DNA of 57,013 nucleotides from Albugo candida (Eukaryota): NCBI GenBank assembly GCA_040437565.1, contig JBDOQK010000088.1, positions 1 to 57,013 of the forward strand, read 5' to 3'. Shown piece by piece: positions 46,614 to 57,013 of this stretch (position 1 is its first letter; each line of letters starts with the position of its first letter). The notes under the pieces were generated by a model. It saw only the letters and a program-made list of their open reading frames with translations, ran no database searches and was not told where the DNA came from. The position numbers and the translations under genes were made by a program.

Positions 46614-49600
46614 ATGAAAATGAATTCGTGGCAATGGACCGCTGTGCTTTATGCGCTGCACCTGCTGCACACGGAAGCGATATACCAGGATCAAATCGGA
46701 GAATTGGATTGGTTTATAAGGAACGTTGGAAGGGTGACAAGAGTCGCGTTCCCAAAGGTCGATTCTAGCGATTCTCCGCGCATTTTCGTCGCATCGGATG
46801 TCGCCGACAACGCAATCGCTTCGTTGCATGCGGATACAGGGCTTATTCACTGGCGTATCCTTTTGGAAACATGTGCGTATTTCTCATGTGTAGACGCGTA
46901 TTTTTGTAGTTAGTGGAGGCTGATTATGTAATTATTTCATGTAGCGGATATCATTGATGCAATTCATNNNNNNNNNNNNNNNNNNNNNNNNNNNNNNNNN
47001 NNNNNNNNNNNNNNNNNNNNNNNNNNNNNNNNNNNNNNNNNNNNNNNNNNNNNNNNNNNNNNNNNNNGTGGAGGCTGATTATGTAATTATTTCATGTAGC
47101 GGATATCATTGATGCAATTCATCATACAAGATTTGGACTTTTGTCGATCTCCAGGTACAAAACGTAGCTCTTCCCGTACAAAAAAGGGATCTAGATCGTC
47201 CGACTTGTTCTTGTAGTCAAGCGCAAATGATCCGTCTTTGGGACTCGGAGCATGGAAGTTTATTGTGGAATACGTTTGTGGCTAGCGATGTAATTGAAGA
47301 GAACAATACGGGCACAATTCGAATTATAGAAAGCTGCGAGGACACCAACTTAATATATGTATTCACACCATCCAATTATGTAAAAGTCAACATTCAGCAT
47401 GGAACGATCTTATGGACGCGATCGTATCTGCCTCACTGGTCGAATGTCAGTGGAATGCATCCAAATTGTGGCACCTTCAAGTTGTACATCGCCATTTCCG
47501 ATCTCGACAACGCACCCNNNNNNNNNNNNNNNNNNNNNNNNNNNNNNNNNNNNNNNNNNNNNNNNNNNNNNNNNNNNNNNNNNNNNNNNNNNNNNNNNNN
47601 NNNNNNNNNNNNNNNNNCATCCAATTATGTAAAAGTCAATATTCAGCATGGAACGATCTTATGGACGCGATCGTATCTGCCTCACTGGTCGAATGTCAGT
47701 GGAATGCATCCAAATTGTGGCACCTTCAAGTTGTACATCGCCATTTCCGATCTCGACAACGCACCCTTCTCTGTGGAGCTGGATATGGTGACCGATGATG
47801 TGCGTGAATTCGATGACAAAAACGACGACACTGAATCGATCTTTGTGGACACCATGCAAAGCAGTACATCCGGTCGACTACGTGTTACATCTCACAACAA
47901 CGAAATGACATTGGAATTCCGCTCGTTTACTGATGACACCATTCAACTCATTGAATTGTCGCAACTCATTGAATCACAACGCAATTCAATTCAGACCATT
48001 CAATCCCACACGAACAAACTCTTTATCCTCACCTTACATTCTCGCCACCAATTCGTATGCGGTATCAGCGATGACTTTTCTCTCACTCTATTGGGGTCAC
48101 TGCCATCTCACGGAATCACATCCTCCGTTCAAAATGCCAATTCGGAAGCCATTTTCCATATTGCAACCGCTTCGACCTCCGATTCCGTCGTATTGAGACC
48201 GTATTCCATCCCTTCCGTTTCCGAGCAGTTGGAATCTATCGTTCCATTAGCAGTCTCATTGTATGGAGAGAACGTATCGGAAGCTTTTGCATCGTGTCAC
48301 AATTCCGAGTGCTCGCACCTTTGGAGGATGCACGACGATACATTAGTCTTTGTGAAGAGCGGGCACAAGCAATCGCCTGTGGTCGTATGGACGCGAGAGG
48401 AAGCACTCGCTAACGTCAAACAAGTGCATTGGATTTCTCCGATGGAAACCCAACTCGAAAAAGACTTTGCATTTAACGGAATTCCGACATTTCTTCAAGA
48501 AATCCAAATGGAAATCAATCGTATGTATCGATTCTCCGCTCAAATTGCACACTTTTTCGCAGGCTCCGGTATGAAAATGGAAAGGAACGTGTCGACAAAG
48601 AAAGTCTCCAAAAACGCTCATTTCTTTGGATTTTCAAAATTTGTGATCGTTTTGACAAAAAGCGGCAAATTGTTCGCTCTGCAACCGGAAGCTCAGCGGA
48701 TTGTGTGGTCCAAATACATCGGTTCCGAGTACAATGTGTTTGTATCGAGAGACCATCCAGCGCTCGGACTCGGTCCCGAACTCATTCTTTTCGCAAATAA
48801 TCGCAACATCGTTTGGATCGATGGAACCACAGGCACATCGTTACGACAAATTGAGTTGAAAGCGAATTACTGGCCGCTTTTACTTCCCAAATTAAAATCC
48901 TCTGTCCACACTGGCGGCAGTATCGGACATTCTTTGGCACTGATCTCTCCCGATACGATGAAACTCACCGATCCGACGGACGATAAGACATTCCTTCCGC
49001 AAAAGAACGTGTATTTCTATCGCTTTGACGTCATTGAGAACGCATTCAAAGGCTATGTTGTTGGAGTGCACGGCGCCAAATGCGTTTGGTCGATTGTGTT
49101 GCCACAAAATCATTCTCTGAACGCTTTTCTGAATCCGACACATTCCGTCATCGACAGTGCTGTCATTGTAACGGGCGATGATTCCTTGCTGTTAAAGTAT
49201 ACGAATCCTCACGCATTTGCATTTGCATCTGTTTCCAACGAAAATGTGGCAATATTTCATATCGTCGACGCCGTTACGGGAAGGATTTTGTATCGAGCAC
49301 ATCACGCGAATGGCTCGAAAGTGATTCAAATCGCTCACGTTCGTGTCTCTNNNNNNNNNNNNNNNNNNNNNNNNNNNNNNNNNNNNNNNNNNNNNNNNNN
49401 NNNNNNNNNNNNNNNNNNNNNNNNNNNNNNNNNNNNNNNNNNNNNNNNNNTTTTCTGAATCCGACACATTCCGTCATCGACAGTGCTGTCATTGTAACGG
49501 GCGATGATTCCTTGCTGTTAAAGTATACGAATCCTCACGCATTTGCATTTGCATCTGTTTCCAACGAAAATGTGGCAATATTTCATATCGTCGACGCCGT

Positions 49601-50471
49601 TACGGGAAGGATTTTGTATCGAGCACATCACGCGAATGGCTCGAAAGTGATTCAAATCGCTCACGTTCGTGTCTCTTTGTATTTTGTATTTCGTCGCTGA
49701 CGAGCGATTTCGTAGAGCGAAAATTGGTTTGTGTATACGTTTTGGAACGCATCAAAGAAAATGACACAATTGGTATCGCTTTTCCTCTTTGACGGAGCGA
49801 TCGGATCACATGAACTGAATTTGTGGAAACGACCTTTTTGGACGACAACGCGCTCGTCGTATGAGCCAAAGCTTCCGATCGTCTTACAACGAGCATTTCT
49901 CCTTCCAACACGAGTTCGAGTACGTTTCCAATTACATCCAAAACGCCAATTGCTATCCGTTTCTGTAGACATTGGAAATCACACGCACTTTTCGCGGAAT
50001 TACGCCAAAGTTTCTATTGATTGGAATGGAAAATGGCCAAATTCTCAAATTCTCAAGAAACGCTGTGGATCCTCGGCAGTCGGACGGACCTCCGACTTCT
50101 CAACAGCAAAGGTGGGAATATCATATTCCGAGACGCTGCTGAGAAATTGTGACTGTAGCGAGGGAATGCAACAGTATTCGCCAATGATTCCAATGTTTAG
50201 CAATCCGACGGCTTTTGTCACTTACAATGAGACAATTGGAAGCATTTACGGGATCAAAGCCTCTCCAGCGCATTTGGAATCGACGACGCTGATGTTCGCG
50301 TGGGGAATGGATTTGTATTACCATCGTTTAGCTCCATCGAATGCCTTTGATCTGCTTCCAATGGAATTCAATCACAGTATGTTGGTTCTGCTTTGTATCG
50401 GATTCATTCTCGCGACATTGGCATCGCGACATTTCGCGCGACGCAAAGCGCTTTTTCAAGCGTGGAAATAG
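46614..50471 (+). CDS. EMC1: ER membrane protein complex subunit 1, six exons
   Basis: Signal peptide then IYQDQIGELDW, WTREEALA, GDDSLLLKYTNP, SENW, TFRGITPK and LESTTLMFAWGMDLYY..PSNAFDLL, a C-terminal TM segment and AWK*. GT-AG introns at 46873-46944, 47155-47216, 49665-49715, 49920-49968 and 50112-50158. Three internal gap overlaps must be removed. Confidence 0.93.
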
Positions 50472-50609
50472 GAGCAGAATTGTAATTTCAGATACATTNN
50501 NNNNNNNNNNNNNNNNNNNNNNNNNNNNNNNNNNNNNNNNNNNNNNNNNNNNNNNNNNNNNNNNNNNNNNNNNNNNNNNNNNNNNNNNNNNNNNNNNNGG
50601 AAATAGGAG

Positions 50610-50720
50610 CAGAATTGTAATTTCAGATACATTGTCATTTCATGCGTGTCAGAATTGTAATTTCAGATACATTATCGTGGCACGAGTATCAGAACTGTAA
50701 TTTCAGATACATTGTCATCT
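50610..50720. repeat. 40-bp-period minisatellite between convergent stop codons
   Basis: CAGAAYTGTAATTTCAGATACATT at 50610, 50650 and 50690, with 16-nt diverged linkers. Confidence 0.85.
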
Positions 50721-51743
50721 CTATTGCGAATTTGTCTGTGGCGAATATGGCGCTTGGTAAAATACGAATTCTTCGGCGCAGCTGTTTGGTGATTGACAGC
50801 TTTTAACGCATGTGAATACGACCAAAGTTCCCCATTCCCAATGCTCCGCATCGACTTGCAGGTAATACAGTAATTGTGGTAGAATTTGAAATTCAAACTT
50901 TCGTGGAGATCCGCAATTCGAACACGATGGAATAATGTTGAAATCGTTTACGATTCCTTTGGAATGGACCCATAGAATATCGGTATTATTCCATCGCGAA
51001 TATCGTAAAATTTGGCTTTTTGCGATTGCAATTCGCGTTAGAAAACGAACATACTGCTCATCTTCTGGAGTCCCGTCGTCTCCGAGCAGTTGTTTTAATT
51101 CCGTTTGTGTGATATCGATATCCGTGTCGTTGAATAAAGGATCGTTTTTATCATTGTTTTCGAGTCGATCTAAAGGCGTGCGTGAGATTACAGACTATAC
51201 ATTTTATAGAAAAGAGTGTATACTCTTCTGATACGTTTCGAGTAAGTTGAGCTCTTTGGCGTCTAATGCGATATTTCTATCGTGTTCTGAGTCGATTACG
51301 ATATCGCAATGAGGAAATAACATATCGGAAGTGTTATTTGTGATTTCTGATTGAGTGGGAATATAATCAGTTGGATGCGGTTGGAGAGGTTCGGAAGGTG
51401 TGGAGTCCAACGTATAAAACGGATTATCGCGAGGTAATTGAGAGCGAAATACTTTGAATCGAGTCGTTGAATTGCACGCGCGCTGTCGACAGAAAAACAT
51501 ATACAAAGTGCGATGAAATGCGTCGATCTCCGTGTCTAAAGGACAATATATTTGCAAAATGAATGTCAGTGGCGTTTTGCAGGAATTACAAATATGTTTG
51601 TCTTTGGGATTTGCGTGTGGATGGAGCCAATTGGGTGTGCCACCGACTTTACCGCCATCCCATTCGCTCCAATTGTTGTCTTGAAAACAGACTTTGTTGA
51701 CTGTGGAGTCGCTTAGAGCAAAGCCCAATTCGACGGAAGACAT
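50721..51743 (-). CDS. PDCD2/PDCD2L (Tsr4-like, uS5 chaperone family) protein, two exons
   Basis: Exon 1 (51743-51224): KVGGTPNWL, CNSC, LQIYCPLD, FHRTLYMFFC, FRSQLP. Intron 51223-51170 (GT-AG, 54 nt). Exon 2 (51169-50721): QILRYSR, CSNCG..RKFEFQILPQLL, WGTLVVFTCVKSC, EEFV. No MYND finger is visible. Confidence 0.88.
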
Positions 51744-51956
51744 TGCGTTTCCTTTGATGTCAACCACGATTGATTCAATGTGTACCGAATGTATAGTAGT
51801 GGTGATGACATGTGACGTGGCTTGTACGTAATGTGACTCTCTTTATATTGAGAGGAACTTTGATGATGACGAATGAACAATGTTGATATCGAGTAAAAAA
51901 GATAGGCGTTGTGGGAAAAGTATTCACTTAAGACTCTTGTGAATTCTTGTGATTGC

Positions 51957-54900
51957 AAAAAAAAAAAGACGCGCTAACGCAAGACGTCACGGTTTTATCC
52001 AACTATAGTGATCCTTACACGTGTTCCTTTGACCGAATGATTTAGATTCACGACTACTTACATGCGTTGTTGCAAGTCACCGCTACCTGTTGGGTGTGTC
52101 ACCGACACAGAATAATACAAGCGATTTGAAGTGCTGTCTGTATCACCAGATTGAACAATATCGAGACTCTCTGACCGTAGACACTACCTTGCAGTTGTAC
52201 AGGACTCTACATGCAGCTGGTACGCTTACATGTCTGTCGAAACTTGTTGACTAAAAACGCCACAAGCAAATCTCTAGCCTTTTAAACTACGCAGCGGAAA
52301 GGACTCTTTCTTGCTATAACATCTTTCAACTGCAACGTGATTCGCAAGTATCTCACTTATAAGCATCGTATGAACTTGACGGAAAGATGATGTGACATTC
52401 TATCAACACTTCTTTGAACACTAGAAGTGAGAATATTCAGTCCAATTGTGATCATTCTGCGTGTTTACCCTAAAAACGATGGATTGGACAGCTGACAGCT
52501 ACACAACTCGAAACATTTGTCTCGAGCCTCAGTCGAAGAGCTTTGAACACATTAAACCTGTATTAATTAATCAAGTGTAAGCATTGAAATGTCTCTTATT
52601 ACAGTGACTAACCTACTGGGATCGTAATACTGCACACATACATTGTTCTGTGTATCACACCCTAAATAGAGGTATCATTGGTCTTATGGCAACGTAAGTA
52701 GGAAGGCGCGGAAAGACAGCAATTGTATAGAAATACCACATCCCGAAGCAAGATGATGTGTCTGCGTGTCGTTATAAAAGGAATTTCTGTCTACACTGTG
52801 TTCGGATCCGACTTCATTTGCAGAGTATACTGTACGACTTAAAAGGTAGAGAGAAATCGTTTAAGAATTGGCTGTTAGCTGCGCGAATTGATTTTTTCCA
52901 TCATAGCCAGTAGAGATTGTAGTCCTACTATACTACATAATGTCTCATTGAACCTGAATTCGCGTACAACGTTGCAAGGAATCAGAAAGTAGTCCATTTC
53001 TTAATTTCGTCCAATCATCATAACTCTAATGCAACATTTCTATCAAAAGGGAGCTGTCTATCAGTGTCGTACCAATCAAATCGATTTAGAATGATGTTCT
53101 TTCAAGCTTCTGTGCAACATCTTTTTCTTCCCGCAATTTGACTAAGAGATAGACCACAATTTCCAATTTCCTTGCAGCGGCATCATCATGGTTATTTCGA
53201 CACGTTGGTCTCATGTACTCCTTCTTTCAATATGGATCCTTACAGCGTCCACTATCAAGGGCACAACGCACAATTCTCCCGAAACCAAGCCTCAACATTT
53301 CGAGTCTGGTTCTTCCAGCTCCGAAACGGAGAAGCATCGTTACGTTCGAGGCAAAAAACTATTACTTGGAGCCATGGCTGTGCATCAGTTGCTTTGGTTT
53401 GGTCCCAACGAAGCGTATCATTCCATAAAAGCAGAATTTCGCAAATTGGAGAGAGCGAAAAGTTGGAATCCTCTAAGATGGTTCATTTCCAGTAAAGGTA
53501 AAAGCTGGGATCAAGAATTACTGAAAGCGTTTGATATTATGGAAGATCCCNNNNNNNNNNNNNNNNNNNNNNNNNNNNNNNNNNNNNNNNNNNNNNNNNN
53601 NNNNNNNNNNNNNNNNNNNNNNNNNNNNNNNNNNNNNNNNNNNNNNNNNNAAAAAAAAAAAGACGCGCTAACGCAAGACGTCACGGTTTTATCCAACTAT
53701 AGTGATCCTTACACGTGTTCCTTTGACCGAATGATTTAGATTCACGACTACTTACATGCGTTGTTGCAAGTCACCGCTACCTGTTGGGTGTGTCACCGAC
53801 ACAGAATAATACAAGCGATTTGAAGTGCTGTCTGTATCACCAGATTGAACAATATCGAGACTCTCTGACCGTAGACACTACCTTGCAGTTGTACAGGACT
53901 CTACATGCAGCTGGTACGCTTACATGTCTGTCGAAACTTGTTGACTAAAAACGCCACAAGCAAATCTCTAGCCTTTTAAACTACGCAGCGGAAAGGACTC
54001 TTTCTTGCTATAACATCTTTCAACTGCAACGTGATTCGCAAGTATCTCACTTATAAGCATCGTATGAACTTGACGGAAAGATGATGTGACATTCTATCAA
54101 CACTTCTTTGAACACTAGAAGTGAGAATATTCAGTCCAATTGTGATCATTCTGCGTGTTTACCCTAAAAACGATGGATTGGACAGCTGACAGCTACACAA
54201 CTCGAAACATTTGTCTCGAGCCTCAGTCGAAGAGCTTTGAACACATTAAACCTGTATTAATTAATCAAGTGTAAGCATTGAAATGTCTCTTATTACAGTG
54301 ACTAACCTACTGGGATCGTAATACTGCACACATACATTGTTCTGTGTATCACACCCTAAATAGAGGTATCATTGGTCTTATGGCAACGTAAGTAGGAAGG
54401 CGCGGAAAGACAGCAATTGTATAGAAATACCACATCCCGAAGCAAGATGATGTGTCTGCGTGTCGTTATAAAAGGAATTTCTGTCTACACTGTGTTCGGA
54501 TCCGACTTCATTTGCAGAGTATACTGTACGACTTAAAAGGTAGAGAGAAATCGTTTAAGAATTGGCTGTTAGCTGCGCGAATTGATTTTTTCCATCATAG
54601 CCAGTAGAGATTGTAGTCCTACTATACTACATAATGTCTCATTGAACCTGAATTCGCGTACAACGTTGCAAGGAATCAGAAAGTAGTCCATTTCTTAATT
54701 TCGTCCAATCATCATAACTCTAATGCAACATTTCTATCAAAAGGGAGCTGTCTATCAGTGTCGTACCAATCAAATCGATTTAGAATGATGTTCTTTCAAG
54801 CTTCTGTGCAACATCTTTTTCTTCCCGCAATTTGACTAAGAGATAGACCACAATTTCCAATTTCCTTGCAGCGGCATCATCATGGTTATTTCGACACGTT

Positions 54901-55244
54901 GGTCTCATGTACTCCTTCTTTCAATATGGATCCTTACAGCGTCCACTATCAAGGGCACAACGCACAATTCTCCCGAAACCAAGCCTCAACATTTCGAGTC
55001 TGGTTCTTCCAGCTCCGAAACGGAGAAGCATCGTTACGTTCGAGGCAAAAAACTATTACTTGGAGCCATGGCTGTGCATCAGTTGCTTTGGTTTGGTCCC
55101 AACGAAGCGTATCATTCCATAAAAGCAGAATTTCGCAAATTGGAGAGAGCGAAAAGTTGGAATCCTCTAAGATGGTTCATTTCCAGTAAAGGTAAAAGCT
55201 GGGATCAAGAATTACTGAAAGCGTTTGATATTATGGAAGATCCC
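51957..55244. repeat. Gap-flanking overlap (51957-53550 = 53651-55244), probable assembly artefact; creates a false partial gene copy at 53188
   Basis: Copies look identical at offset 1694 around a 100-N gap. Confidence 0.85.
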
Positions 55245-55979
55245 GAAGCACTCGACGAGAAGCAAATTATACACAAGTATCTGAAAGCTGCCTACGAATC
55301 CGTTCCCTTTTCCGAAAAGGCTTTTGGTGCCAAGGATGTATATGTTGTATATCGAAAGATTCTGAAGGTTTATGCCAACATCATTTTAACATCCGATGTC
55401 GATTACATCCGAAAGGAACTCACCTTATCTATGGAACGTGAACCTGAATCAGAGTTTCATACTATAAATATGAGGGACTATTTGGATTCAAAAAAATTGC
55501 GCCGTTACGAATATGCAATATCTCCGCCAAAAGAACCAATCGTAGCCATGGCATCATACTTCTTTGCGAAATACGGGTGCGTTACCGTTGTCAGCATGAC
55601 ACGAGCCATGACAGCAAATTTTCAAAGGATTATCGACATTGTCTTGAAGATGCTGAAATCTGTCATGGACATGAAAGGGAAAGGCTCGCGCGATTCTCAT
55701 TCGATAATGGAATGGACAAAGCAAAGTGAAAAGATCGATACGTTATTGCCTGGTTTTATTGAAAAGACTGAGCTGGTGGATGTATTTGCTACAGAGTTGC
55801 TGGGAAAACCGAAAACGTATGGTTTTTTGGATAATGAGTGTGATGCGCATTCGAAGCATGCTTCTCATGTTTTGCAAGCACTTAACACTACCACACTGCA
55901 AATTTACCGGTTTGTACGTAACAACCGGAAGTATTTCTCTTACCGTTCAAGATTAGCAAACTTTTTCAACATATATTAA
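54882..55979 (+). CDS. Secreted protein, 365 aa, RXLR-like candidate effector
   Basis: Leader MVISTRWSHVLLLSIWILTASTIKG, a polar Ser-rich linker, then ETEKHRYVRG (R-Y-V-R at residues 51-54). Single exon; FPR-like CAATTTCC occurs twice just upstream. Confidence 0.75.
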   Translation: MVISTRWSHVLLLSIWILTASTIKGTTHNSPETKPQHFESGSSSSETEKHRYVRGKKLLLGAMAVHQLLWFGPNEAYHSIKAEFRKLERAKSWNPLRWFISSKGKSWDQELLKAFDIMEDPEALDEKQIIHKYLKAAYESVPFSEKAFGAKDVYVVYRKILKVYANIILTSDVDYIRKELTLSMEREPESEFHTINMRDYLDSKKLRRYEYAISPPKEPIVAMASYFFAKYGCVTVVSMTRAMTANFQRIIDIVLKMLKSVMDMKGKGSRDSHSIMEWTKQSEKIDTLLPGFIEKTELVDVFATELLGKPKTYGFLDNECDAHSKHASHVLQALNTTTLQIYRFVRNNRKYFSYRSRLANFFNIY

Positions 55980-56800
55980 TCGAGGGCCACTTGCCTCGAT
56001 ATCCTCTTAAACATACACTATTGAACTTTGATAAGGATGCCTTCATGAAAATAAAAAACATTTTACATAACACCGAGTGTTTGTAAAAGGTAAAAAAAAC
56101 CGAATGCAGGGGTCAGGAGTGTATGTAGTGATACGTGCAGCTTCGGAAAGAGAGATTGTGACAGCATTACATCTATATGATACAACGGCAGGAAGGCGAG
56201 ACGCTTTTTGTTCGAGGATGCTAATAGACAGTGAAGTCTTTTGTGAAGTCGATATAGCGCTGAGAAAAAAATGTACGTGATGGAGCNNNNNNNNNNNNNN
56301 NNNNNNNNNNNNNNNNNNNNNNNNNNNNNNNNNNNNNNNNNNNNNNNNNNNNNNNNNNNNNNNNNNNNNNNNNNNNNNNNNNNNNNTTTGGAGTGAATGT
56401 AATTTCACAGCATTTTCGTCGGATCCAAAACACAGTTATATTGCGTTGGAGACTGAAGTGTTTCATGAAAAAAGTGGTTATGAAAAATTGAGTAAGATTG
56501 GAACAGCCATTTTCTTACGGGCATTATTCTGAATGCGTGGAAGCGATTACGCGATCAAGACGATGTTACGTTTATCTTGCGAAATTTGGGGAGAAAAAGG
56601 CGTTGATTCCTCACTCAAACAGAAAACGTTCCAGCAGCAACAGCAGTCCTATCGTATCCTTCAGCTACATATTGTGATGGATAGAATTAAGGCGCATCAT
56701 CAGTTAGACTGAGCACTTTGGATATGTCAGGAATTGCTTTCTTGCTGTTACTAACAATTTGAGATGGTCAACATAACGACATTCACTGTACACCTCATTT

Positions 56801-57013
56801 ACTTCTCAATTTGCCGGCTACTAAGTAACCCGCCAATTTAGTAAAAACAACTCGAAAAAACAACTTTTTTCACCTCTTTCCTCTCGAAAACAATGGTTCA
56901 AGTCGACATATCGACACAACCAAGGGTGCTAGCGTCCACTTGTACTGACGTGGCAACCCTCATGAGTCACCCTGTTTTGGGTGATTGTATGATTGTTGAT
57001 CAGTCATCACCCC
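56801..57013 (+). mobile_element. Second copy of the 5' end of the element at 12842
   Basis: Aligns with 12844-13057 with scattered substitutions and small indels, has the same MVQVDISTQP start, and runs off the window end. Confidence 0.75.

Noticed and set aside
50610-50713. CRISPR-like look: 24-bp direct repeats with 16-nt spacers
   Set aside because: Eukaryotic context, no cas genes, spacers too short, and the two spacers resemble each other (9/16), so it is a diverged minisatellite.
53188-53739. Truncated paralogue of the RXLR-like gene
   Set aside because: Identical to 54882-55244 and cut by the gap; assembly overlap.

Overview
Eukaryotic sequence, most likely an oomycete of the Albugo type. 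This is inferred from INR/FPR-type core promoters, 47-72 nt introns, a PH-domain MAP kinase, axonemal dynein and many orphan secreted proteins. The window has two compartments. A compact housekeeping block (about 41.8-51.8 kb) holds a dynactin-3-like gene, axonemal dynein intermediate chain DNAI2, a PH-MAPK, EMC1 and a PDCD2/Tsr4-like gene. The rest is gene-sparse and holds single-exon signal-peptide ORFs (candidate effectors, one RXLR-like), decayed Cys-rich secreted genes, decayed HECT E3 ligase and dihydrolipoamide dehydrogenase copies, and transposon relics (IS630-Tc1-like, L1/Tx1-like LINE, copia, hAT-like MITE). The best candidate for something undescribed is a pair of distant ~240 aa secreted proteins (16203-16940 and 40313-41035). 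By eye they follow the C-terminal lobe of pepsin-family aspartic proteases but lack the catalytic DTG motif and most of the N-lobe. Ten of the twelve 100-N gaps are flanked by near-identical overlaps, so those apparent tandem duplications are probably assembly artefacts. All homology calls are by-eye motif recognition; no searches were run.
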